Shown in pieces: positions 12,901 to 25,590 of a DNA stretch of 64,000 nt; within the stretch, counting starts at the first letter, position 1, and each line of letters begins with the position of its first letter. The stretch is from Octopus bimaculoides (taxonomy: Eukaryota). The position numbers were made by a program, and so were the translations under genes. The stretch spans positions 43,128,571-43,192,570 of the forward strand of contig NC_068995.1 of NCBI RefSeq assembly GCF_001194135.2, in the 5' to 3' direction. The notes under the pieces are model-generated. The model did no database searches and was not told where the DNA came from. It was given only the letters and a program-made list of their open reading frames with translations.

Positions 12901-14460
12901 GGGATAAAAAAAAATGAGAAGATAATAGTCGTACATGATATTCAAGGAGTATTTCTTTTAACAAAGGTTGTAAGATGCTCTGTATAGATAAATCAAGGGA
13001 AGGGCTGGAAGAACACGACGAAAAGCAACTTGCAGAAAAATAGACGACAACATGACACACAAGAAACTAGACAAAAATTTGATACACGGACTATTCACAG
13101 CAGAAATTCCTTATCAGTCAGAATTTGAAATGTCTTGGTGGTTTCGCACTTATTTATCCCTGAGACCTCTGGAATCCGGCAGCTGCCTGTGCTTATGATA
13201 TTTTAGTCGAGCCTTAAAGCAAGTTGCGGCAGGTGTTGCAACTTATCTGAAGACCCTATGCAACCACCTATAGGCAAAACTCTGAATAAGAGATTGACTT
13301 TAGCAAAATAAAATGCATTATTCACCTCTACTTTAGTATCACGTACATTTTTTGTGACTGTCAGGTGTCAATGTTTGTGTGTTTGCTTGTTTATGTATGT
13401 TTGTTTGTTTGCGCGCGTGTGTGTATGTGCGTGTTTGTGTGTGTGTAACGATCACTACCCGTGTATATTCTGCTTAACTGTTAAAATGTCTATGCAAATA
13501 TTGTGGTTCATTATTTTTGTGCATGCAGGTACGACGTTTCTGTATTTTCTATGTTCGATGTTTCTGTTCGGATGAAACCGCATAATAATAATGTAATGTG
13601 TTGAGTACCTGGCTGATAATCATCGGTGGCGTACGCCTTTGAAATTACATCGTAAATATTTTGCTTTATGGAAATATTTAGAAAAAAAATCATGTAAATA
13701 TTTGAAGCCGTTCTCGGTCCACAAAAATATTAAACATTTTCGGTCAGGCAATGAAAATGCAACGTACATCTGATGACACCATCATTTGTGGCATGTGCAA
13801 AATTAAGTATAGTTGGATGAAGGCATAACGCCAGAAATTTTAGGGCTAAGTTTGACTCGATACCCGGAGAATAATACAGGACGAGCACTTTTATTATTGA
13901 CCCCGAAAGCATAAAAATGAATGCACAATGTTATGTCAGTTTGTAGCAAAATTAAATTCTTTGTTTTATTGTTGGTTGTAATTTTGCTGGTGTTCTTCCA
14001 TCTCTGTTTTCTTCTTCATGTTTCGAACGGCTTTTAGTAGTTATGGACTGTTTCCTGGGAGTGTTTTGAATTTGAACGTTATTACACACGTACGCATATA
14101 CACACTCACACGCGCACGTACACACACTTCATATTGTATTTCTATTGTCGATTTTTCACATTCTAATTATGACTTTTTTTTTAATAATTTAATTATGCTA
14201 CACATCCATATATGCAGATACGTGTATTGGCGTATGTTACGGACCGTCTGTCGGATGATCTTTTACCTGGAATATTGCAAAATATTTCGTGAAGATTTTA
14301 GAGTTTCAATGCAATATTGAACTGCGACTTTTAAATTTTCTGTTACATTTGTTGCTTTCACCGTGTGCATTTTGATAGTGAGCAATTTGTGATTTGTGGT
14401 TTTAGAACGCTAGCTCTGTTTATAGTAAGTGGTATTCTTAATAAACTACTGAATTTAGTT

Positions 14461-14504
<44 letters not shown>

Positions 14505-14519
14505 ATCAATTTCAACATG

Positions 14520-14700
14520 AACAAGCAAGAGAAAACACGAAAAAACAACGCGAGGACGTGGAATTAGTACAGTGTTATTGGGCGCTCAGGAAAGGAAAGA
14601 AAAGAAAGATGATTTAACGTTTCGATCGGAGATCTTCGTCAGAAATATAGGAAAAGTCCAAAGAAGGGAAGACAGAGAAAAAAAATCGCCAACGATGCAC
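14520..14700 (-). mobile_element. Short hammerhead-bearing repeat, Penelope pseudo-LTR-like
   Basis: Contains the intact HHR motif followed (minus strand) by ttcctgagcg and pyrimidine-rich sequence, an architecture similar to 54415-54570. Confidence 0.5.
14612..14646 (-). ncRNA. Minimal type-I hammerhead ribozyme motif
   Basis: Minus strand attt-CTGACGA-a-gatc-tcc-gatc-GAAAC-GTT-aaat: stem I attt/aaat, intact CUGANGA and GAAA core, stem II gatc/gatc, palindromic AACGTT in place of stem III. Confidence 0.7.
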
Positions 14701-14719
14701 CCTGTTGGCTAGGCGAGCA

Positions 14720-14939
14720 GGCTGACTTACACATTCATTGGATGCCTATTCCGTCACACAATTACCCATTTACAACTGACTAGGCTAAAGCAACGAAAAG
14801 TGAAATGTTTTTCTCAAGAATGCGAACCCGTTATATAGCGACCGTGAGTGCAATACGTTGATCACGAGGTGAAATGTTTTTCTCAAGAATGCGAACCCGT
14901 TATATAGCGACCGTGAGTGCAATACGTTGATCACGAGGT
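14720..14939 (-). mobile_element. Degenerate SINE 5' region carrying a perfect 69-bp tandem duplication
   Basis: The unit gtgaaatgtttttctcaagaatgcgaacccgttatatagcgaccgtgagtgcaatacgttgatcacgag occurs at 14800-14868 and 14869-14937. It resembles the reverse complement of a SINE-C-type head. Confidence 0.7.
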
Positions 14940-15878
14940 CATACACATTTACATGTATACAAACACCTACACACACTCACTCACTCACAAACACACACAC
15001 ACATACACACACATATATGTTTGTAGATGCATATATATGTGTGTGTACATATATATATATGTGTATATGCATATATACATATATATATATATGTATACAC
15101 ATGTTACATCTTCCGCTTTTCATTTGCCATATATAAACATATATATATATGTGTATATGTGTGTGTGTGTATATGTGTGTGNNNNNNNNNNGTGTGTGTA
15201 TATGTGTGTGTGCATATGTGTGTGTGTGTATATGTGTGTGTGTATGTATATATATATATGCATATACATACATATATATGTCGTTTACTTATGTTTTTGT
15301 CTCTATGCACGCACATATATGTACGTGCATATAAACACAAACTCACTCATCATATACACATATATGCATTTATATATGTATGTAGTTATATTGACGGGTC
15401 TCGGTGCTTATATACATAATCATATGTTCATAAATATCATTATAGAGATATCTGTATAGAAAAAGGTACACAAACCATCGTTATAAACACATCAATTCGT
15501 TTGCGTGTCAGATTATTTTAACAAATGTTAATATATGAACAATATGCATTCTTTTTCAATTTATTTTCATACGAACGTGAGGTAGATCATTATTTATAGC
15601 GAGATTATATTTTGTTGCTTTAGTCCATAAAACTGAGACATAAATCTGAATTTTTACGAGTTTAACCTATTGAAATTGAGAAATCTATAACTCAGCATTG
15701 CGTGTAGTGTTGGTTGGCGAAGAATTAATTATCAGAGAGTAAAATACTGTTCTTACAAATTTGCTTTTATTTGTTTATTCTTATTGGGTGCACGAGAGTA
15801 TAAAATACTTGGTCTTTGCGGAACCGTATCTTCTGAGTTCGAATCTATCTTTATATGTATGTATGTATGTATGTATAA

Positions 15879-15912
<34 letters not shown>

Positions 15913-15956
15913 TCATATATTGGCGCATTATTCCTATGAAGGAATTAGTCGCTATT

Positions 15957-16145
15957 TAAGGTGGTGAGCTGGTAGAATCGTTAGCACCTTAGGCAAAATG
16001 CTTAGCGGTATTTTGTCCGACTTTGCGTTCTGTGTTGATTTTCTACCAAGTTCGAATTTGCCTTTCATCCTTTCGGTTTAGAAATACCTTTCCAGAACCT
16101 ACTCCCTCGATCTGACTGACCTTGTGCTAAAATTTCAAACAAATA
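15957..16145 (+). mobile_element. SINE-A copy
   Basis: taaggtggtgagctggtagaatcgttagcacc...aaaatgcttagcggtatt...gaatttgcctttcatcctttcgg, with tail ccttgtgctaaaatttcaaac. Confidence 0.8.
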
Positions 16146-16225
16146 ATTAGAGACTGTTTTGGGATTAAGATTTCAAGCTTTGTTCAGAATTGTTTCTGAT
16201 TTATGCAGAGCCCGACGGCCACTTT

Positions 16226-16335
16226 ACATAAGTACCAGTTACGCACCGGGGTCGATATATTCGACTTAATCCGTTTGTCTGTCCTTGCTTTTCCCCTCTG
16301 TGTGTAGCCCCTTGTTGGCAGTAAAGAAATAAGAA
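16226..16335 (+). mobile_element. SINE-A 3' half with an alternative tail
   Basis: taagtaccagttacgcaccggggtcgatatattcgacttaatccgtttgtctgtcc...gccccttgttggcagtaaagaaataag. Confidence 0.75.
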
Positions 16336-16759
16336 CCGTTAGATCATCTAAAAAATATACTTTTCGTTCTTGAGTTCAAAGCCCACAGAGGGCAACCCCG
16401 TTTGGGTTTGATAAACATGTACTGATGAAGCACTAGGGCCAATGTTACCAATTATTGTTCTTCACTACCTGGAAAACTCGTCACAGTTCTTATCCGTTTG
16501 AAAGTTTTCATCAAACAAGATACCAAGTATCTTTGACAGTCTCTCGGTTAATCGCCTCGCACGCTAGCCGGAGTTACTTACCCGCTAGATGCCTACTAAG
16601 TTATCTTCATACATGCATCTGGTAATCGCTCCGCGCCCGGCCCTTCATCTTCTGTTTAATTCTCCATTTATGAAACACCATAATGAGGATACTGACTGGC
16701 TGCATACATCAACCCCCCAGCTTAAGCAGGCTCCTCAACACCTAGCAGTAAGTCACAGC

Positions 16760-16824
16760 AGCAGTAGATGCATCAGTAATATTAATTGCAGCATCAACAG
16801 CAGCAGCAGCAGTAATAGCATCAG

Positions 16825-16855
<31 letters not shown>

Positions 16856-16875
16856 AGCAGTAGTAGTAGTAACAA
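16760..16875 (+). repeat. Mixed CAG/CAT/TAG trinucleotide repeat
   Basis: Direct inspection: runs of agc, atc and agt. Confidence 0.9.
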
Positions 16876-19539
16876 ATACAATAGCAACATGTATTTTTGT
16901 CTTATTGATTTCTTTCGTGTCTTAGTTTTATATTTAATATTCTTTAAGCATTCAACATATTCTGAATGTCTCGTGTAACTGAAATAAAATGCCGAAACTT
17001 AACAAACAGATAAATGAAAGAACCAGCATCTTGCTGTGCATGCAGTTAACCGTTGCATGCTAGTTCTAACCAATCCCACTTTATGAAAATCAGATTTTGG
17101 CAAACCATTTATTTCATGTCTTACTATTTCACATTCTTTGAGAATATTTCATGTTCTTTAAAAATATAATACGTTCGAGAATTTCAAAAATGGCACGACA
17201 ACCTGTTCTTCATTTTCTATTCATTTCACGTTCATTTCAGAAAACAATATGCAAAGGGTAACTCCATCTATTTATGATGATTAGAAAGGATGGCAATCGA
17301 ATGGGTGTGATGGCTGTGTCACGCCGATGTGTTCACAAAATAGATTACGTAGTGGACGTGAGAAGTTCCAGTCAGAAATGTAACTGTGTCCTTGATATCC
17401 GTTTTCTGCGATTAGATAATAGGCATATCAAGTTGCTTTATTAACTGTCTCTACCATCTGCCGATAAATCATGATATTGATTTCTTTTTCACAAAACCAG
17501 TTCTAATATATATCAGTGACTGTACATGTTCGATTGAATCGATTCTTGTTCATTTGTGAAATGATATTTATGGTTCGTAATCTCGTTTTGGAACGTTGTG
17601 GTTTCATGTACAGTCCCACTACGCACCATCTTAAGTAAATGTCTTCTATTATAACCTAGAGCTGACCAATTCAATGTCAGTAAATTTTTGCTATCAGTAA
17701 TTATGTAGAAGCCCGTGGTTTATACACACATACATACAGATAAGATTATACACCTACATGTGAGATTATCTACGTTTTGGCTTCCAACATGTTGACCGTC
17801 GGTTCGTGGATTTTCGAAGACCAGAGAGACATGAGATTACGTGTATAATTCAGGAGAGAACAAATATCACAAGAATCATTACTATGGGAACTTGTCTGTT
17901 GGGTCTTCATGTCTGTGATTGCATCGCTATCCAAAATACAGCGGTTAAATATAGACATAAACAGAAATGCGCCAACGTGTGCGCACGCATGCATGCACTT
18001 TCCCATCAACGCTTGAAGACACACGTTCATGCACCATAGGCACACATATGCATGCACGTGCACAAACCCATGCGTACACACGCACTTAGGTACACACACA
18101 TATAGACACAATATTAGAATACTTTTAAAAAGACAATAACAAATTACTTAAAAAACTTACTCGGCTTTGCAATGAGCGCGAAAAGTAATGAAGTTCATTG
18201 TACGAAGATAATTAAAAGGCTGAAAAGGTCTAATAGTATGGAAACAAGCCAGAGGTTATGACCCATATTTACCGAAAAACTGAAATAATATTATTGTAAA
18301 TTGTTCTTTTAATGGGCAATACTTTCAATGCGTTAACCTGAACTTAACTATTCTCTTTATGGGAAGGCGTATATGTCACTGCTCATTGCAAAAACAAAAT
18401 AAAATGTTGACTAAGAAACTGGTAGAGTGTCAGAACACATTGCTTGACACTGAATAAAACACCAGGAAATCGAAATCTGCCAGATGAAATTTTCCAATGA
18501 TTTGGACTTAGCTCTTATAATTCATTCAATCAACCTTCGAATTTTCTTAGTAATGTCTATTGTTTTGTATTGGATGAGAACATTAGATATGAAGTAGTTG
18601 ATAGTGACGATCTTTGCAGTTTAATACCATAGAGAATTTAATAGTATGGCAAGTCCTCTTTGAAACTAACCTACTCGAAAGGATATGTTCCGAATAATTA
18701 TGAAATCTATAGATAGTTATGTTTTGTTTAAAGATTGACACATAAAATATTCATCGCCATAAGTATTTTTTCTATTATAGCGACTACTGTCCTAGGTGCT
18801 AGAGTGCATGCACCATTTTCAGCTAGTTGACAAGAAATCGATATCAAATACAAAGGATACAAAAGCATCAACAATAGAGTGAAATTCACAAGTTATTTAT
18901 ACATATTCCCCATGTGTGGCGTACTAATAAGTTATGTTTAATATTATTTTCATGCTACTCTGCGTGAAACAGTCGCCTTGGGTGGACACAAATCACCCAC
19001 GATAAGGTTGTATAAATCTAAAATTGGGTTATAAATTGGATATTTTAGGAAATGATAGAATGCGTAGGCCTGTAGGTAATTTTACGTCATCAGTCAGAAA
19101 TTATGGAATATAAGGAATATATTAAATAGAATTAATGAGTATTTTGGTGTACACAAATTAATGACATCAATAATAAAGTTTATACTGTTAAAAATATTGG
19201 GGGATCGTTACAACGGCTTAGCAACATCAATTGGCAAATAGAAGTACGTGAAATGTATGTGGTGAACTATAAATTATAATGAAAAGTAAAGTACTAGACC
19301 TCTGAAAGTGAATCAGCAAAAGAAAATTTACAAACCATATATGCCAGAATTTTTTATACACACTAACAGATTACTTGAATTTAATAACTAATCGAATGCA
19401 TTTGTACTTTATTCTGAAATTTACTTCCCTCTGTTTGTTGTAACCAGTAAAATTCATTGATGCCTTATGTAATATTCTAAACCACTTTACATGCCATTCA
19501 ATTGTTGACAGTCGAATGAATGCAGGTGTAATGGATATA

Positions 19540-19860
19540 TTGTACCTCAATGGTTACATTCCAGAAAGGGACTGCAATGAGAGACGGCAACAGGGAAGCC
19601 TACTGTTCATATGTTGCAGAAGGCGAAGGGTTGACATTGGATTGCTGGTGTGGCTGTAAAATAAGAAACATAAACGGAGCCTATGCAGTCACATGAGAAT
19701 ATGCGGTAGTGAATTACTTGAAAAAATAAAGTGCGGTGGTTTACCGCATGGTTGGTGAAAGTAATTGGAGAATATGCTTTGATCCTGAAGTCCATGGAGG
19801 AAACTGCTTTGTTGATGCAGTCTTCGGATTTGTTGTTATTATGCCGAAATGCTATCCATC
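19540..19860 (-). pseudogene. Decayed ORF-like stretch, possibly a non-LTR (CR1/L2) RT fragment
   Basis: The minus frame reads MDFRIKAY...VNHRTLFFQVIHYRI...SYF...NI*TVGFP, loosely like LDFSKAF..VNH.IL..L.HYGI...SYL...GVPQG, but the spacing is imperfect. Confidence 0.25.
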
Positions 19861-21164
19861 ATTACCATTGAAAAGAGCAGTTGACACTAAAGCGCATCCT
19901 AGGATATAGTAATTCCTAAAAAAAAAAAAAATAGAGTTTAAAGAGTTTGAAACTATCTCTGGAACATAAGTAATATTTGTTCTCAGTTTAGAGTAAATCA
20001 ATTGCGAAATTCAAATTTATGCGGGTTTACACACACACAGAGACACAACGTCACTTGTTTCGTTAATCGTTATTGCTGTCCGGTCATTAAATTTTATCAT
20101 CAACTGGTTCCTTATTTGATCTATTGGAAGACCAATTATTTATGTTTTAATTCTTTGATATATTGAAAGACCTATCATTATTTTTTATTATTATTCGCTA
20201 ATTTATACTCGTATTTCTCATTTCTACTTTTAGACAATCTTATACTTTCATCTTCTACCAATAATTCTTCCTCGTTTTTCCTTTTTCGGGTTTTGTTGGT
20301 CATCACTCTTAAGGTGTCCTAAGATTCGATTGCAATGCAATTTTAATTTATTTTCCGTTTTTCATACATGTTGACTCTAGTTTTTTTTTTTATTATTATT
20401 TAAGCCCCAATGTTTTTTTGAAGGTCGTGTGTTGCTTAGTGTACATAACATATATGTCATTATTTCTTTAAGTGTTATATTTCGATTTCTGACAACTTTT
20501 GGGTTTGAGAATGTAACTCATGTGGTTAGGTATTATGTTATGAATTGTATTCTTTACTGTTTATAATTTTGTTTGCTGTTTATACGATTTTGTTACAATA
20601 TTTCATTTTGGTGAATAGTTTGTTGTTATAACATTTATATATAGATGAGTGATGCATTCCTTTCAAATCCATTTACGCCTGTTCTCTTTCCTTCGTTGTT
20701 TCTTTCCTTGAGGAGTAAAAGTTAATTGCTTATTGAAATTGTCAAATATTTCCTTCAGATAACACGCTCTCATATTAACGTTGGGCTGAAATACAGCTTC
20801 ATTTTTTTTTTACATTTGTGTTGACTGTCATTTTCTGGTGGAGAATGGAATCAATGTGACGTTGATATGAAACATTCCTCGATTGTTAATTTACACGTAC
20901 CATTGAATCACTGACGAATATGAACACGCGTATTACATTAATTATACAGAATAATGCTCAATAAATATTGCAAGCCTTCCTTATACAATTACCTATCAAC
21001 GCTTTCTTCTTTCGTTTGGATTAAATTCATTAACAATTCTTATTCCATAATCTTCGGTGCTGTCAAACAGCGCTCTCTTATGCTAATCGTACATCATATT
21101 CTCTGGTTAAACAACCCCAGTGATCTATTGTTGAGTATACTGTGTTGTATTCTTAAAGCAATCT

Positions 21165-21165
21165 T

Positions 21166-21200
<35 letters not shown>
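21165..21200 (+). repeat. (CAT)n microsatellite
   Basis: Direct inspection. Confidence 0.95.
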
Positions 21201-21202
<2 letters not shown>

Positions 21203-22687
21203 CTCATTAATGTTATTATCATTCAATTTCTGAAAACGTACAGATGCAGATGACAAAATGGAGTGTGGGCGAAAGTTATGGTAAATTTCCAACACAACGT
21301 TTGATGTTTTATTATTTGTGATTGAACATCATTTCATGATTGACTTTTATCTTTGCGAGGATTATGAAGTAAGTAGAAGAAATACTGCCTTTTTTGCTTT
21401 CTATCGCCGTTACTCTAACGTTCCAAAAGTGTTTGGCATATTGCCTGATGTATTCTTCGAAATATCTTGGAATTCACTGGAAATACAACTCTCAAGAGGG
21501 AAAATAAATTATGAAAATGGTAAACACAAATAAGAAGAACTATTCCAAGATTGATATTATTGCAAGCAAATTATTCCCAATGGTGTACAAAGAATAAATC
21601 ATTTTACATTTACTACACCATGAATATTTTTACATACGAGGCGTGAGTTGTTTCAAGATAAATAAAATAAATAATTAATGAGAAATAGAAACAATATATT
21701 CAAATTTATGTGAGTGTATAAGTGGGAAAATATTCGATTAAAATTTGAAAACTTGAAGCAGAATTGTTGTTAGTTTTCTCTTTCATGGATATCTAATTGC
21801 TGATAAAAGAAAACTGGTTAATGGGGTAGAGAGAAGGGAATAATAAGGCTGGATGAGATTAAAATAGAATATATAGAATATATGCGAGAGAAATCACGAG
21901 AGAAACACATACATTTATGATATATATATATATCTCATATGATATATATATATATATATGTATATATATGTATATATATATATATATANNNNNNNNNNNN
22001 NNNNNNNNNNNNNNNNNNNNNNNNATATCAAGGATGAAGAAAAGAAAAGTATCTATCGTGATAGCCACCATGGCAGACCGAGTGTGACAGTGTTAAATTG
22101 TACTACAAAAAAAAAAGATCATCACGTTTGTAATTAAACATCTATCAGACAACACTATCAAATCCCAACTTGCAAAATAATGAAATAAATTCCTTCACAG
22201 AAATATAGCATTAAAGAATTCCCTGATTCTTTTGCACATTTCACACACTACCGAATTCTCTAATGTTAAAGCTTGGTTATTTTTTGTTTTAAATCTAGTA
22301 ATCTCACATTCTCCAGTTCGATTATTCTAAAATATTTTACTGTTGAATGTGAGAAAGTTCTTTTTATAGCCAACAATTGACGATTACCTTTTCTTCTTTT
22401 TTTTTCCTTTCACAGTGAATCAATGATTCGCATCTTTATATTTATTCTTCAATAAAAATCATTTGTTCTTATATAATACTTTATCTCTATTTACATACTT
22501 ATTTGGTGTTTCAGCACGGTCGCCTGAATTCCAGATAAAATGTTTTGCGGTATATCTTTAGGTTCTGTGTTCATACCTCACCTAGGTCAGCTTTCCCTTA
22601 AATTCCTACTCTTTCTAGAAAAAGAAAGAACCAACGAATAATTGTGAGTGGATTAATATCTTCTTAAAGCTTACCCATGAGATCTAT

Positions 22688-23055
22688 TATCACCTCCGTC
22701 TTAGCAAAAGCAGAGGTATTGTTTCCAGTCATGTTTGTCTGTTTGTTTGTTTGTCTGTCCGTGGACAAAATATCTCAAGAACCGCTGGATGGATTGCAAG
22801 GAAACTTTCAAGGAAGTTTGGCCTCATGACTGGTACGAACTGATTATATTTGGGGCTCGATCCGGTACCGGACAAGGATTCTGGATTATTTTTCCTGTTT
22901 TTCTTTTTTTACTTAATTTTTGGGAGCGGCCGGGTTCATTTTTAGTATTCTCGTTTGTGAGAACCGTCGGGTTTATTTCAAATATCCTCATTTTAAAAAT
23001 CGCCTCTGGCTGGGTTAGACTTGGCGGAGGTTTGCGCTCTCTGAGTGCTTTTGTT
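22688..23055 (+). mobile_element. DINE-1/HINE-like non-autonomous Helentron
   Basis: 5' sub-TIR acctccgtc (22692-22700) with a nearby inverted partner (cagaggt), a GTTT/GTCT microsatellite, 3' sub-TIR ggcggaggt (23023-23031), then a 3' stem-loop gcgctc-tct-gagtgc and a T-rich end. Confidence 0.7.
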
Positions 23056-23229
23056 GTAATATGGTATTATGTCCAAAATTAACATTTCTCGTCATCGAAA
23101 TTATGTCAGAATTATCATGGTAGATTGTATCGTTGTTTGCACTTTTGAATTGAAAACTTTGAAGAATTGTTCACATGTCGATGCTATAAACTCTGTTCCT
23201 TGTATTCTTTGATTGGCTGAACTCCATGG

Positions 23230-23560
23230 CTAGTTATTCCCAACATCTCTGACTATCCTCGATGGTCTAGCCACTTTTCTTCATATTCTTAAAATCTCCT
23301 TCATTTAATAAACTCTCCATGCCTCTTTCTTCTTAAAATCCGTAAAAGTCACTGCACAGCTATCATTCCCAAAGAACCCCAACCACCACTAACAATGATG
23401 CCGACACACTGACAGAATGCTTTAGAATCACACATTTCCATTTACCTCATATATTTCGATTTATCAGAGCAGAACATCAAATTTCCACTGGATATTACAT
23501 TTCCATTTTCGGCTGTTTCTTTACTCCATTACCTTGTCATTCATTAAATAGCATTTATTC
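23230..23560 (-). mobile_element. Decayed RTE-like LINE fragment
   Basis: The minus strand gives GNDSCAVTFTDFKKKEAWR followed, after a shift, by LNE, resembling the linker region upstream of RTE reverse transcriptase. Confidence 0.35.
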
Positions 23561-24899
23561 TGGTGAGACGTGTGTTTCCGTGTGTATTTTATATATAGTT
23601 ACATGTAGAGTGATAAATCAAATGTCCACGATAAAGATTGTCTACAATAGTGCAGCTGATGCTACACAAGGGCAGCCCAGACCATGTTCAAGAAAGAGGA
23701 ACCCGACTATTTGACATAAAATCACCTAAACACACACACCCACTTCAGGCTTTACCGCACAGACCCCATTTCCCTCTCACTCTCTCTCCCTCGCTTTCGA
23801 TGCATCTTCTTCCCCCTTTCTCTCTCTCTCTCTCTCTCTCCCACTTTCTCACCCTCTCTCTCTCCCACTTTCTCACCCTCTCTCTCACTATCTCTTCCCC
23901 TCAACTTTTCTCTTTCTTCCTCCTCTCTCTATTCTTCTCTCCACCTGTCACTCGCTCATTCCGCCTATCCCACTCCAACAGTAATGGTAACTGTTACTTG
24001 GTGCAGACAGGTATCATACCAAATGCCTTCAGTCACTCCAAACCCAATCGCTTTACCTCCCCTTCTCACTCATATTATGGCCAACCCTCAGGTTACACAC
24101 ACTCAATTATACCTCGACGATAGCTGAAACGATAGTCTTCTCACTACTAACGGCTTTATTCCAATATCGATGTTTACGAGTCTGTTTTCTGGAAAATTGA
24201 AGCAGCAAATTTACTTTGTCTTGGCTTACTCATTTTGCCCCAGCCAAATTAGTCTCATACACTCAAAGTGAACGGTGATAACTTAATGGAATAGCGATCA
24301 GGTTAATATATATATGCGTTTGTGTGTGTACTGATATGCGTGTATTTGTTGTTGCGTATGTGTTGTTGCTTTTGTAGCACCATTTTATCTATTAACGTTG
24401 AATAATTGGCCAGTTCGCCTATTGTATGCATTATCATTCTGAAATCGTAGCTTCTTGTATGCTCTCTTTTGGCAGATCCTCTTAAATTTTCCGCGTGTGT
24501 TTCTTGCATCTGTAGTTATTAGTCATAGTGTATTTATGATATTTCAGTATTGCTATGTATGGGGAAGAAGACAACACTCACAAATCACGGGACAACAGGC
24601 AATATTTTCATTTTAGTATTTTATTGGTCGTCATATTTGATAAATTACGTTGTATTCTTCAATTGTTTATGTGTCTTAGGTTTCCTCGTTATGTAGACTA
24701 TTTATATTTCATTGTACAAATATTAATGAGAAAGAGATTAGTAAAAATAACCTTGAGTTGTACTTAGAGGCGCCGGCTTTATAAAGATTTTCTCATATTG
24801 AACTTTGATTGGTTGATCGCAGCAGATTATTTCAGATCAGGATCGTCCATATCCATCTTATCGATATTTAGTTCCTCCACCTCCTCTTCCTTCGTCTTC

Positions 24900-25042
24900 T
24901 CGTTCTGAGTTCAAATTCCGCCTCCAGCTGACCTACGCCTTGTGGGGGAATTTGGTAGAGGGGAAACTGAAAGAAGCCCTTGAAGGTGGTACTCCATCAT
25001 AGCTGCAGTCAAATGTCTGAAACAAGTAAAAGAACAAAAGGT
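24900..25042 (+). mobile_element. Chimeric SINE (A-type B-box plus B-type core and tail)
   Basis: cgttctgagttcaaattccgcc (SINE-A) is joined to gccttgtgggggaatttggtagaggggaaactgaaagaagccc (SINE-B core), then directly to gaaggtggtactccatcatagctgcagtcaaatgtctgaaacaagtaaaag (SINE-B tail). Confidence 0.65.
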
Positions 25043-25054
25043 GTAACACACACA

Positions 25055-25123
<69 letters not shown>

Positions 25124-25590
25124 TCTATCTAACTATGTAATAGTGAATTATTTCCCTATCTTCTTGTTTGTGTTTATTAGATTTCTTGTAGATGTAGCTT
25201 CCGAATGCACCTAAAGTATTAATCTTCAATTTTTTTTTTTACTTTCTACATTCTTCACAATACACATTCAGTATATTATATTCAAATGTTTATAACAAAG
25301 ACGGCTAATACATCTAAACCTATCGTATTTCTAGTTTTGATTTCATTCGGTTTTGATATCAAATTTACTCGTCTGTGGTTCATCTTTATAATAGCGTATT
25401 TTATTTCATTGCCTTCTAGCCTAACTACTACTAAATATCTCTATAAAATCAGTCGTGTTTAATTTACTGTTCCATTTTATAGTAGCTGTGGTGCGTTTGT
25501 CTATTTCCACACGTATACATAAATACATATGCAATATACATACATACAAACATATATATATATGTTTATATATATATATATATATATATA

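Noticed and set aside
14800-14939. CRISPR-like direct repeats (also 36474-36610)
   Set aside because: The repeats are contiguous with no unique spacers, and the context is eukaryotic with no cas genes.
17270-17445. KIDYVVDVRSSSQKCNC resembling a SWIM zinc finger
   Set aside because: The downstream C-x-H ligands are absent and the frame is only about 55 codons.
21395-21475. Minus frame YFEEYIRQYAKHFWNVRVTAIES resembling a flavin monooxygenase segment
   Set aside because: It is short, lacks about 7 expected residues, is preceded by a stop, and no other FMO-like exons were found.
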